In this document: positions 21,471 through 31,055 of the stretch, piece after piece
How the letters are laid out: each line of letters opens with the position of its first letter
How positions within the stretch are numbered: the first letter of the stretch is position 1
Assembly: GCA_963675595.2 (NCBI GenBank)
Contig: CAXXLZ010000002.1
Span: forward strand, 2,400,001 to 2,464,000
DNA length: 64,000 bases
Direction: 5' to 3'
Source: Thermodesulfobacteriota bacterium
Lineage (GTDB): Bacteria; Desulfobacterota; Desulfarculia; JACQYL01
Notes under the pieces: generated by a model
Seen by the model: only the letters and a program-made list of their open reading frames with translations
What the model was told of the DNA's origin: nothing
Database searches by the model: none
Made by a program: the position numbers and the translations under genes

Positions 21471-22744
21471 TCCGGGAGTGTGGGCGAGTGGAAACGAAAC
21501 GCATGATAGCTGAGATGACGACCGAGGCGCGGCGTGCCGCCCGGTTGCTCTCCCGTTCCGGGAGCACGTCCAAGAACGACGCGCTTTTTGCCGTGGCCGA
21601 CGGTCTGGAAACCCGCTCAAGCGAGATCAAGACCGAAAATCAAAAGGACGTGGAGGCCGCCCGGGAAAAAGGTATGAAGGCCGCTTTCATCGACCGCCTG
21701 ACCCTCACCGACAAGATCATCGGTGAAATGGCTCAAGGGTTGAGGGAAGTGGCGGCGTTGCCGGACCCCGTGGGCGAAATCACCCGCATGTGGACGCGTC
21801 CCAACGGCCTTCGTGTGGGCCGCATGCGCATTCCGTTGGGCGTGATCGGTTTCATCTATGAGTCTCGTCCCAACGTCACCGTGGACGCCGCAGGCCTATG
21901 CCTGAAATCCGGAAACGCCATCATTCTCAAAGGCGGATCCGAGGCCATGCACTCCAACGTGGTGCTCGCGAAGATTCTCCAAGAAAGCATTCGCTCCGCC
22001 GGCCTTCCCGGAGGCGCGGTGCAATTGATTACTTCGAGAGACCACCAAGCAGTTTGGGAGTTGGTCCAAAGGGACGACGCCGTAGACCTCCTCATCCCTC
22101 GAGGGGGAGAGCAGCTGATTCGCCAGGTTGTCCAGGAATCCCGCATTCCCGTGTTGAGACACGAAAAGGGGGTCTGCCACGTTTATGTGGACTCCGGGGC
22201 GGACCTGAACATGGCCGTTGAAATCGCCTACAACTCCAAGGTGCAACGGCCCGGCGTCTGCAACGCCATGGAAACCCTCTTGGTGGACGCCGCCGTGGCC
22301 GACGCGTTTCTGCCTCCCATGGTGGAGCGCTTCAAGCAAGCCGGAGTAACGCTCAAAGGCTGCCCTGATACCCGCAGGCGATATCCGGATATGGCCGAAG
22401 CCGTAGAAGAAGATTGGACAACGGAATATGAAGACCTGATCTTGTCCGTCCGCATCGTACAAGGTTTGGACGAGGCCATGGATCATATCGCTCAGTTCGG
22501 CTCGAGACACACCGAGGCCATTGTCACCGAGAACTATGAACGGGCCATGCGCTTCGTCCGAGAAACGGATTCATCCTTGGTGCTCGTAAATGCGTCAACG
22601 CGCTTCAACGATGGGTTCCAACTCGGGCTCGGAGCCGAGATCGGTATCAGCACCGTGAAACTGCACGCATTCGGCCCCATGGGGCTCGAGGAATTGACCA
22701 CCACGAAATTCATCGCTTTCGGCAACGGTCAACTTAGAAGCTAG
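21467..22744 (+). CDS. proA: Gamma-glutamyl phosphate reductase (start approximate)
   Basis: [43 protein letters not shown]. Confidence 0.96.
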   Translation: MIRECGRVETKRMIAEMTTEARRAARLLSRSGSTSKNDALFAVADGLETRSSEIKTENQKDVEAAREKGMKAAFIDRLTLTDKIIGEMAQGLREVAALPDPVGEITRMWTRPNGLRVGRMRIPLGVIGFIYESRPNVTVDAAGLCLKSGNAIILKGGSEAMHSNVVLAKILQESIRSAGLPGGAVQLITSRDHQAVWELVQRDDAVDLLIPRGGEQLIRQVVQESRIPVLRHEKGVCHVYVDSGADLNMAVEIAYNSKVQRPGVCNAMETLLVDAAVADAFLPPMVERFKQAGVTLKGCPDTRRRYPDMAEAVEEDWTTEYEDLILSVRIVQGLDEAMDHIAQFGSRHTEAIVTENYERAMRFVRETDSSLVLVNASTRFNDGFQLGLGAEIGISTVKLHAFGPMGLEELTTTKFIAFGNGQLRS

Positions 22745-22774
22745 TCCACTTAGGGAAACCAAGGGATTCTCGTT

Positions 22775-23419
22775 ACGCGGATCGGAGTTTTCGGAGGCAC
22801 GTTCGACCCACCGCATTATGGCCATCTTCGCTTGGCGGAGGAGGTGAGGGAGCTGCTTGGCCTGGATCGCGTCATCTTTATGGTCGCGGCGGTTCCTCCA
22901 CATAAGTTTGGAATGAACACGGACTTCAGTCTGCGGTTCCGACTGACCTCTTTGGCGGTGGAAGGGCATCCCGGTTTCGTCTGCTCGGATCTAGAGTCGA
23001 CGCTCCCCGGCAAGTCCTACTCCGTTCAAACCCTGGATCGACTTCACCGGGAATACCCTACGGGTGAAGCTCGTCTTTTTTTTGTCGTCGGAGCCGACTC
23101 CTTTCTCGAACTCAGGACCTGGAAAGCCTATGACGAGCTTCCCGAGCTCGCCTCACTGGTCGTGGTGCGAAGGCCGGGCTTTTCGCCCGAGCGTGTGGAA
23201 ACGTTCTTAAAGGAAACCTTTCCAGGGTACGTGGAGACCGAGGGAACATTCGAATATCGACATCCGTCCCTCCAGCCGATGTATCTCCCGCCCTCCACTC
23301 GACTGGACATCTCCTCCACCTTGATCCGAAACCTGGTTTGTCAGGGCAAGAGCATCCGCTATCTGCTCCCGGAAGCCGTCCGAAAAACCATAGAAGACAG
23401 GGGGTTATATCTCCAGTGA
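22775..23419 (+). CDS. nadD: Nicotinate-nucleotide adenylyltransferase; start codon apparently non-canonical
   Basis: In-frame (T)RIGVFGGTFDPPHYGHL upstream of the called TTG at 22832; PPHK, GADSF, ISST; proA-nadD-rsfS synteny. Confidence 0.9.
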   Translation, partial: TRIGVFGGTFDPPHYGHLRLAEEVRELLGLDRVIFMVAAVPPHKFGMNTDFSLRFRLTSLAVEGHPGFVCSDLESTLPGKSYSVQTLDRLHREYPTGEARLFFVVGADSFLELRTWKAYDELPELASLVVVRRPGFSPERVETFLKETFPGYVETEGTFEYRHPSLQPMYLPPSTRLDISSTLIRNLVCQGKSIRYLLPEAVRKTIEDRGLYLQ

Positions 23420-23766
23420 CCGTCGATTCTCTTGTAAAGGCCCGTGAGGCGGCTCAAATCATGTTAAACAAGAAGGCGGAAGACCTGTCTATCTTGGATG
23501 TGAGGAAGCTCGCCTCTTTCACGGACTTCTTCATCATTTGTTCGGCCCGCTCCTCCCGTCAGGTACAGGCCGTTGCCGAGGAAACCGTCGAGAAGCTCAA
23601 AGAACTCGGTTTCCGGCCCTTGGGTAGGGAAGGTCTGAAGGATAGCGAGTGGGTACTTCTGGATTACGGAGACGTGATCATTCACATCTTCCTGTCTCCC
23701 GCCAGAGAATTTTACGATCTCGAAGGCTTCTGGTCCGAGGCCGAACGAATCCCGGCCACCGCTTGA
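23416..23766 (+). CDS. rsfS: Ribosome silencing factor
   Basis: KKAED, DFFIICS, WVLLDYGDVIIHIF, REFYDLE; GTG start overlaps the nadD stop. Confidence 0.95.
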   Translation: MTVDSLVKAREAAQIMLNKKAEDLSILDVRKLASFTDFFIICSARSSRQVQAVAEETVEKLKELGFRPLGREGLKDSEWVLLDYGDVIIHIFLSPAREFYDLEGFWSEAERIPATA

Positions 23767-23987
23767 CCCAAGAAGCACTCGAGGTGTGGGACCGGATCCG
23801 GTGTGTAGGTCCTCCGGATGTATGGACGCGGACCAAAGGCGACCCCGTCCGGAAATCCCGGTTCAGTCGGACCACAGGGATTTCCGCCCGGCGAGGGTCC
23901 CCGAAGACGACACTTCTCCGTTGAGCAAAAAGAAAAGGCTCGCGGTCCGGATCCCGCACCCGCTCCCAGGCTGAAAGGAAGGCACTG

Positions 23988-25490
23988 ATGAATCGCAAAA
24001 CCAACCCCCGAAGAGGCTCAACGGCCGTGGGGGTGCTTCTGCTCTTCTTCGTGCTTGGGATCATCTTTCCCTCACCTTCTTCCGCTTTGATGACGCCCAA
24101 GGAAGAGGCCGACATGGGGAAGGAGGTACTCCAGCAAATCAAACGCTCTTTCCCACTGGTGAAAGACGAATCGATCGAGGAATACATCAACAAGGTCGGA
24201 CATGAAATCGTAGAGCACGTGGGACATACGGACTTCCCCTACGAATTCTTCGTGGTGGACAACGGAGGTCTCAACGCTTTCGCCGTGCCGGGGGGCTATA
24301 TTTTCATATACCGGGGACTCATCGACATCATGTCCGGTGAAAGCGAGTTGGCCTCCGTGCTGAGCCACGAAATCGGACACGTCCAAGCAAGGCACATCGC
24401 TCGGCGCATGGAGCAATCCATGCCGTTGAACATCGCCACCATGGCGGCCGCTATTGCGGCCGTTTTGGCCGGAGGCGGCAAAGCAGCCACCGCCATCATC
24501 GCCGGAGCTACGGCGGCCAACGCCAGTTTCCAGTTGGCCTACAGCCGTCAGAACGAGGAAGAGGCGGACCGCCTCGGCATGAAATACCTGGAAGCCTCGG
24601 ACTACGACGTCCGTGCGTTTCCAATCGTGTTCAGAAAGATGGTCGAAAGCAAGTTTCTGAACTCCGATGCGGTTCCCACGTATCTCTCGACACACCCGGG
24701 TTTGAACGACCGAATCGTGTACATGGAAAACATGATCAACGCGGGCCAATATCCGGTCGATGAAGCCAAGGAAGACAAAACGAAAGAACGCTTCCTGGAA
24801 GCCAAGGTCAGGCTGATTGCTCTCTACGACCAACCGGAAGCCGGTACCTCCAAGTTGGAGGACATTGCAAAAGCCCAAGGCGGATCCCTTCCTCACTTCG
24901 GCATGGGTCTCCTTTTGGAGAGAGCCCGTCGAAACCATGAGGCCATGCAGGAATATTACAAGGCCATAAAATTGGACCCGGACAAACCCGAATATCTGAC
25001 CCAACTAGGCTCCGCCTGTTATTCCACGGGTAATTGCACGCAAGCTGCCGGCTACCTGGATCGAGCATTAAAGCTCGACCCCGACAATCCTCGTGCTTTA
25101 CTCTACATGGCCAGGGTGCGGCTGGAAGATCGACGCTACAAGGACGCTCAGAAACTTCTGGAGAAACTGAAACACATCGACCGCGACGACCTGGAAGTCT
25201 ACCAATACCTCGGGCTGGCCTATGGTCGCGACGGCCAACTGAGCCTGGCTCATGAGTATTACGCGGTGTATTTCGAACGTTCCGGCGATTTGAGAAACGC
25301 CCGGTACCACTACGATAAGGCTCTGGAATATGCTCAGGACGGCACTCGCAGGCAAGCTCTCAAAGATCGCATCCGTGAGCTGGAAAACCCGAAAAAGAAG
25401 AAGGAAGAGCCGCCTGTTGCTTTGGGACCTTCAGAGTCAGAGGGCGTTGGCAAGCTCGGCGGCCTGAGAGGCTTCCTCTTCGCCCAATAG
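23988..25490 (+). CDS. M48 family metalloprotease with TPR repeats (BepA/YfgC-like)
   Basis: NAFAVPGG, HEIGH zinc motif, YSRQNEEEAD, LSTHP, C-terminal TPRs. Confidence 0.9.
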   Translation: MNRKTNPRRGSTAVGVLLLFFVLGIIFPSPSSALMTPKEEADMGKEVLQQIKRSFPLVKDESIEEYINKVGHEIVEHVGHTDFPYEFFVVDNGGLNAFAVPGGYIFIYRGLIDIMSGESELASVLSHEIGHVQARHIARRMEQSMPLNIATMAAAIAAVLAGGGKAATAIIAGATAANASFQLAYSRQNEEEADRLGMKYLEASDYDVRAFPIVFRKMVESKFLNSDAVPTYLSTHPGLNDRIVYMENMINAGQYPVDEAKEDKTKERFLEAKVRLIALYDQPEAGTSKLEDIAKAQGGSLPHFGMGLLLERARRNHEAMQEYYKAIKLDPDKPEYLTQLGSACYSTGNCTQAAGYLDRALKLDPDNPRALLYMARVRLEDRRYKDAQKLLEKLKHIDRDDLEVYQYLGLAYGRDGQLSLAHEYYAVYFERSGDLRNARYHYDKALEYAQDGTRRQALKDRIRELENPKKKKEEPPVALGPSESEGVGKLGGLRGFLFAQ

Positions 25491-28400
25491 CCCTGCCGCC
25501 TCCGCCAATCGCCGGTAAAGAGGTTGAGCCTGCAAGTAGGCATGAGGCAGCTGGAGAGCGCGCAGCATCAACCGCATTTCCAATCGCAGATCTCCGGTTT
25601 CCCCGGCCGCACGTGCGGCCAAAGCAAAGGCTTCGAAGCTTCGAGGGTTGGTTCCGAGCATGCTTTCCACATAACGCATGGCTTCCTCGTACCAACCTTT
25701 ACCCACCAAGTATTTCACCGCCGAGACGTTGAAAGCCGCATCCTCCGGATCGTCCGACAGGACGGACTCTAAGACTTCCACGGCGCCTTCCTTGTCCCCC
25801 AGCGCCCACCGATAGTCCGCTCGTCCCAAGACCAATCGTTTCTCCAGGGGATGAGACGCCTGCAGCTCAGTGAAAACCGCTTCTCCGAGCTGAGAATCAT
25901 GATGATATCGAGCCGCACCCGCGAGAGCTCGTATGAGCGGCAAGGAATCCGGATGCACCGCGAGTCCCGCTTTCAAGACCTGCAGAGCTTTCTCCTCCCG
26001 GTCCTGAGCCAAAAGCAGTCTTACCGATTGGAGATATACATCGGAAAGCAGCCGGGGACGCAGCGCAACGGCTCGATCCAAGGCATGGGAGGCCTCTTCG
26101 ATGAGGCCGCGACAATCCGGCCCCATCAGGTCCCAATCATAGGACAAGCGAACTTCTCCCTCGACGTCGCCTTCAAGCGGATTTGCCGCCGCGTGACCAC
26201 AGGAGGCTCGAAACTTGTTTAGGAGCGCTTCCGCCTTGATTCGATAAGCCTTGATTTCTTGACTGTTGAGCTTCAGGACATGATCCGCCGCCCGGATCAC
26301 TTCCTCCGGTGCGGCTCCCGACTTAAACAGAAAAGCGACATGCTCGGTTTCCAGATAGGGGAAGACCGGAAAAAGCTTTCTTGTCGTTTGGAGCCAAAGC
26401 ATTGCCGACCGCGTCGCGCGAGCGCCCTCCTCTATGGTTTTCGCGCGAGAGATACGCCGATCGAAGAAGCCATAGAAATAGAAGGCGCGAACCGGATCAT
26501 AGGGTTCCAGTGCTCGGGCACGCCGCAGGGCCTCCAACGAGGCGTTCTCCAGTTGCTCCGGCCCCTCTTCAAAGTCCTCTCGAGAATCGCCGTTCAGATT
26601 CTCCACCGCATCCCAGTACACCAGGGAAAGTTGCGTCTGAGATTGGGCGAAACCGGGGGCTAGTCGCACCTGCTCTTCGAACAACGAACAGGCCGTGCGC
26701 CACACGATTCGCCGCACGCGCGGCTCCGGATGATCCTGCGGCAGGAAAATGCCTCGCCTCCAGGCGGAGCCCGCGGCTCCCAGCATATCCGCGCGGGCGG
26801 GCTGAATACACCAGAACCAGGAGCACACCCCGAAAAAGACCACGCCCAGTCCGAATCCCACTCGCGAAAGCGTCCCCGCGCAACCTGCGAAACCACGTTG
26901 GTTCCCTCGGGACAACGACCAAGCCGCCGCAAGAAGACAGAGGATCACCCAAGCCGCATAGACCACTACGGAAAGGCTCCCCAATCGGGACATTCGGAGA
27001 ATTCCCCTTGCCGATTCCTCTGCACCGGAGCCCGTGAGCGACACCGTAAGGCTTCCCAGGAGAACATGGTGCGCGCCTTTAAGCAGGCAGAACGCCAGAA
27101 ATCCGAGAACTGCGGTCGACAACACCCCACGCAGAGCGCGGACGATCCATGCCGAAGAATTCGTCCCGCCTTTCCCGCTTTCCAGGGAAGCGGCGAAGCC
27201 GCCCCAAAGGACCGGCAACAAGAGCAGTCCGACATAGAACAGGACCGTCTTGGCTCTCATAGGAAAATGACCCGGAGCGAGAAAAGGCTTCAACGCATAC
27301 CCGAGGGAACTTCCCTCGTGAGGATACGCGTACACCAGTTGAGCCGCCTCCGGCAGCAGTTTCAAGCCCGGCACCGCTTGAACGAAGGAGAAAGTCATCG
27401 TGCCGCAGGCCAGAGCCAGGAGAATCCCGAAGACCGTCGCTCTGGAAGCATCCTCGTTTGTCGAGACGGACTGCGCAAGGCCTCCGGCCGAACTCTGCTC
27501 CCGGCCTTGCACTTCTCCGACCAACGAGCCGGATGCGACCGAAGACGACTCATCAGCTTGCCTCAGTCCGACTCCTCGCACGGCCACGGCCGCCAAAGCG
27601 CCCGCAAAGACCCAGAACAACGTGCGGGACGCCATGACTTCCAGACTCACCGCGGTCTCGGCCCAGTGAACGGCCAGAGATACCAGCAGCCCCACCAGTG
27701 GAAACCACACGCCGTGAACCGTACTTGATTTGAGCCTCCTCACCGGGGCGAACAAGACAAAGGCTGCGAGGCCGGCCAAAAAGCCCACATGAATGCCCAC
27801 ACCGATGAAAGGAAGGCCGAAAAGCACGATGGCTCCGCCCGCTCCGGTGCCGGCCCCCCCCCAAAGGGACACGACCAATCGACGACGCCTTGTTCGATCC
27901 ATGCGAAAGCCCAGCGAGGCTAGGCCGTAGGTTAGGATGCGCTGAAAAAGCAGCAGAAACACCGCGATTCCCGCAATCCCCGTGGACAGCATCAGGTCCA
28001 GACCAAGATTGTGCGCTCGATCCGCGCTTTCCGTGGGGGCATGGTGCGGCGCCATGGATGAGGGGTAATGGGCGCGAAACACCGCGGCCCCCTGCTCCCG
28101 GCCGAACCCGATGAGAAAGCGAATGGAATGCAGAGAATCCTCCACCGGTTCGGTTTCCGGATCGACTGGAACGGCCCTCATGGGAGGGTCGGAAAAAATG
28201 CCGTTGACATAGGCTTCCCAGTAATCGATCCGCTCTCTGACCGTTCCCGCACGCAAAGCTGTTTGCTGAGCGGTTTCCGCGGCATCGGAGAACAGCTCCG
28301 GGACCTCCCGGAAGTCCACCGTGCGGCTCCGAAGCCCGAAACCCAGAGCGAACAGAAGGATGAGGGCAACGGTGAACATCCACGCGGGCAAGGCCGACGA

Positions 28401-29399
28401 CACGGCTCTCGACCTTATGGTTCCCAGGAAGAATAGTACGGCCGACAAGCAGCCGAGCACCGGGAAGAGCCACCACGGGGCGTGAGGGCCCCCCGGCAGG
28501 AATCCCGTGGCGACGACCGGAGCGAGGCCTCCCGCGATTCCGGAGCCCATCAGGCAGATCACCGCCCGAATGCGCCCGCCTTGGACTACCGAATCCTTCC
28601 AGTGCCGACGGAATCGCCAGAGGATCATACCCGTGAGCACCAGCCCGAAAGCCAAAGCCAGGAAGGGGCCTCGGCTTTGGGTGAACCAGAGAACCAGAAG
28701 CTGCAGCAGAGCCGCCGACCCGTAAAGCATTGCCCGCCAGAGGACCAGACCCTCGTGCGCTCCGCTTTCCTTCGGCACACTCAGGTTCCGAAGAAACTCG
28801 GCCAAGGTGGGAAAAAACACCATGATCAGATACGCGCCCAGAAAGATGGGATTCCCCAAAGTGGACGCAATGCGATCCCGAGTCGGCTCACTCCAAGAAA
28901 GGGGGTCGATGCCGAAATACTGAGAAAGGCCGTACAGGCAAACGGGGATGCTGGTCCAGACGGTTGCCTGGAGCAGGAGTCGAAACGCCTTTGCGCTTCG
29001 CAGAAACAGCCAAACCGACAGGAACAGGACAAGAGAGGCCAGTAATGTGGCGAGTCCTCCAAACCGGAAGACCTCTCCCCGGAGAGCCACGCCGGGGCTC
29101 AGGGAAAAGAGCGTGGAGAGCACATTGACGGCAATAAACGCCGCCAGGGCGCGAGCCAAGGGAGACCCGAAGAAGGACCGTAGGGTTCGCCGAGAAAGCG
29201 GGACCATGAGAATGAGTGCGATCACCGATACGAGAGCGATCATTCTCAGAAGAATGCCTTTGTGGTACTCGAACACGCTCAGCGATTGGAGATTCATATG
29301 TAAAGGAACGACGACCGACGCGCAGAGCCAACAACATTCGGGCAATGCGGAAACGTAACGTTTAAGTCGTGAGATCGTGAATCGAGAAGGCACGTTCAA
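25437..29399 (-). CDS. Large O-antigen-ligase/O-oligosaccharyltransferase-family (Wzy_C) membrane protein with C-terminal TPRs
   Basis: RIASTLGNPIFLGAYL, TQSRGPFLAL, LIGFGRE, DRAHNLGLD; many TM segments; helical TPR-like tail. Confidence 0.8.
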   Translation of the reverse strand: MNVPSRFTISRLKRYVSALPECCWLCASVVVPLHMNLQSLSVFEYHKGILLRMIALVSVIALILMVPLSRRTLRSFFGSPLARALAAFIAVNVLSTLFSLSPGVALRGEVFRFGGLATLLASLVLFLSVWLFLRSAKAFRLLLQATVWTSIPVCLYGLSQYFGIDPLSWSEPTRDRIASTLGNPIFLGAYLIMVFFPTLAEFLRNLSVPKESGAHEGLVLWRAMLYGSAALLQLLVLWFTQSRGPFLALAFGLVLTGMILWRFRRHWKDSVVQGGRIRAVICLMGSGIAGGLAPVVATGFLPGGPHAPWWLFPVLGCLSAVLFFLGTIRSRAVSSALPAWMFTVALILLFALGFGLRSRTVDFREVPELFSDAAETAQQTALRAGTVRERIDYWEAYVNGIFSDPPMRAVPVDPETEPVEDSLHSIRFLIGFGREQGAAVFRAHYPSSMAPHHAPTESADRAHNLGLDLMLSTGIAGIAVFLLLFQRILTYGLASLGFRMDRTRRRRLVVSLWGGAGTGAGGAIVLFGLPFIGVGIHVGFLAGLAAFVLFAPVRRLKSSTVHGVWFPLVGLLVSLAVHWAETAVSLEVMASRTLFWVFAGALAAVAVRGVGLRQADESSSVASGSLVGEVQGREQSSAGGLAQSVSTNEDASRATVFGILLALACGTMTFSFVQAVPGLKLLPEAAQLVYAYPHEGSSLGYALKPFLAPGHFPMRAKTVLFYVGLLLLPVLWGGFAASLESGKGGTNSSAWIVRALRGVLSTAVLGFLAFCLLKGAHHVLLGSLTVSLTGSGAEESARGILRMSRLGSLSVVVYAAWVILCLLAAAWSLSRGNQRGFAGCAGTLSRVGFGLGVVFFGVCSWFWCIQPARADMLGAAGSAWRRGIFLPQDHPEPRVRRIVWRTACSLFEEQVRLAPGFAQSQTQLSLVYWDAVENLNGDSREDFEEGPEQLENASLEALRRARALEPYDPVRAFYFYGFFDRRISRAKTIEEGARATRSAMLWLQTTRKLFPVFPYLETEHVAFLFKSGAAPEEVIRAADHVLKLNSQEIKAYRIKAEALLNKFRASCGHAAANPLEGDVEGEVRLSYDWDLMGPDCRGLIEEASHALDRAVALRPRLLSDVYLQSVRLLLAQDREEKALQVLKAGLAVHPDSLPLIRALAGAARYHHDSQLGEAVFTELQASHPLEKRLVLGRADYRWALGDKEGAVEVLESVLSDDPEDAAFNVSAVKYLVGKGWYEEAMRYVESMLGTNPRSFEAFALAARAAGETGDLRLEMRLMLRALQLPHAYLQAQPLYRRLAEAAGLLGEEEASQAAELANAL

Positions 29400-29586
29400 A
29401 CTCTACTTATCTTTGCAGTGATTAAGCGGCATATGGATCGCTTCTTCTATGTGGAGGATTCTCATTCCAATATCATATCTTCTGGGTTCAGTAATCAACA
29501 TGTTGATTTTTCCACTCGATAAACACCAAGGCGAACCGGCGCATTCAAAGATTGGAGGACGGTTTGTTTCCGAACAACATTAAGAC

Positions 29587-29615
29587 TTGACCCTGTTTGT
29601 TGGATAGCGGATAAT
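29587..29615 (+). promoter_or_regulatory. Candidate sigma-70 promoter of the IPTL-CTERM genes
   Basis: TTGACC-17nt-GATAAT in the AT-rich divergent intergenic region. Confidence 0.4.
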
Positions 29616-29762
29616 TTTTAAGGGAATAGGCTGGGGATATTTTAGTCGCTCGCAGAGGAAAACAGGTCTCGCATTGATGATCGCCGTGCACACCCATACC
29701 GGCGGGGGCTTGGTTCGTCGGCTCAGCCTCCTCCATGCAAACGGCTTGACCAAGGAGCCCCC

Positions 29763-31055
29763 ATGCGAATTAGAGCAATGATCCTCCTGGCCGTGTTTGC
29801 GGCCCTTGTCGCGGTCGGCACGTCGGTCTTCGCCCAGCCGCCCTGGACCAAAACGATTTACGTGGACGGCGTGGGTTCCTCATGGCCTTCCAATTCGACG
29901 ATTTCCGGAACCGCTGGAACGGTTTTTTCCGTGGTGGACGAAATCAACCCTAATTCGATCCTGACGGAAACATGGGAACCGGGCTCACTGGACATGAGCT
30001 ACCGGACTTATGGGACGGCGCTTTCGACTACCGACGGCGACGGCACGGTGGTGATGACCAGTTCCTCCTACTCCGGCAAGATGGTGAAGACCTACACCCT
30101 CCTCCCCGGCTGCTGGACTCGAACCACGGTAGGAGAATATGTCTTTTCCTTGTATCTCAGGAGCAGACCCATCACGGTGACGCTCCAGCACGAAGGCCCC
30201 ATTTGGACCAAAACCGTCGACGGCGTTTCCTGGACTTCGGGATTGAGCCGGGAGAAGGAAACCGCCGATACCGTGCCGGTATCCGACGTGCTGAATCGAT
30301 GCGGCATCCTGACGGAAACCTGGAACCCGGACCGCCTGTCCATAGACTACGATCTGGTGAACGCCAACGTCGTTGATAACTCTTCCGGGCAATTCGTCAT
30401 CAGCACTACCGGGGTGCCCGCCTACGTAACCAAGACCTACACTCTGCTGCCCTGTGATTGGGAATCGGTGGCGGTCAATGAGCAGTTCCAGTATTTCAAC
30501 GGTTCCTCCTACACCACCGAGACTCGTCCTTTCACCCTGACCAAGGACCCTCCCGTGCTCGCCATTGCGGGTCAGGTTGAAACCCAGAAGGTGCTGCCCG
30601 GGTCGTTGGCCACCTTTTCCCTCACCTGCGGCAACACCGGAGGCTTCGACAACGCCGTCTCCGTGATCAGCTACTTCCCGGCCGAGGCTCCCTACGTTTC
30701 CGCGATCCCCTCGCCCACCATCGTCACGGGTACCGAGGCGGTGGAATGGCAATTTCCCAATGGCCTGAGCGCGGGCGATCCCTGCGGATTCCAGGTGACC
30801 GTTCAAATACTTCCGAACACCCAAATCGGGACGCCCATCGTCATTTCCAACGTAATCGTGGGGCATACCCGAGCCGTGGCCGACGTGTATCCCGATCCGG
30901 GTGACCCTCAGGACGACCCTTTTGTTTTCATCGCCGTCGGGGAGCCGGATCCTCCGGCGACGGTCTCCACCCTGACGGAATGGGGACTGTTGCTCTTCGC
31001 ACTCCTGCTTGCCGCCGGCTCAGTCCTGGTCCTGCGCAGACACCATAAGGTGTGA
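29763..31055 (+). CDS. Secreted Thr/Ser-rich surface protein with two internal repeats, a DUF11-like domain and an IPTL-CTERM-like sorting tail (paralogue 1)
   Basis: Signal peptide; C-terminal VSTLTEWGLLLFALLLAAGSVLVLRRHHK; ATFSLTCGNTG DUF11-like segment. Confidence 0.8.
   Translation: MRIRAMILLAVFAALVAVGTSVFAQPPWTKTIYVDGVGSSWPSNSTISGTAGTVFSVVDEINPNSILTETWEPGSLDMSYRTYGTALSTTDGDGTVVMTSSSYSGKMVKTYTLLPGCWTRTTVGEYVFSLYLRSRPITVTLQHEGPIWTKTVDGVSWTSGLSREKETADTVPVSDVLNRCGILTETWNPDRLSIDYDLVNANVVDNSSGQFVISTTGVPAYVTKTYTLLPCDWESVAVNEQFQYFNGSSYTTETRPFTLTKDPPVLAIAGQVETQKVLPGSLATFSLTCGNTGGFDNAVSVISYFPAEAPYVSAIPSPTIVTGTEAVEWQFPNGLSAGDPCGFQVTVQILPNTQIGTPIVISNVIVGHTRAVADVYPDPGDPQDDPFVFIAVGEPDPPATVSTLTEWGLLLFALLLAAGSVLVLRRHHKV

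Noticed and set aside
22742-22753. Pyrrolysine or amber read-through creating a ProA-NadD fusion
   Set aside because: Would require two TAG read-throughs, and no pyl genes are in the window
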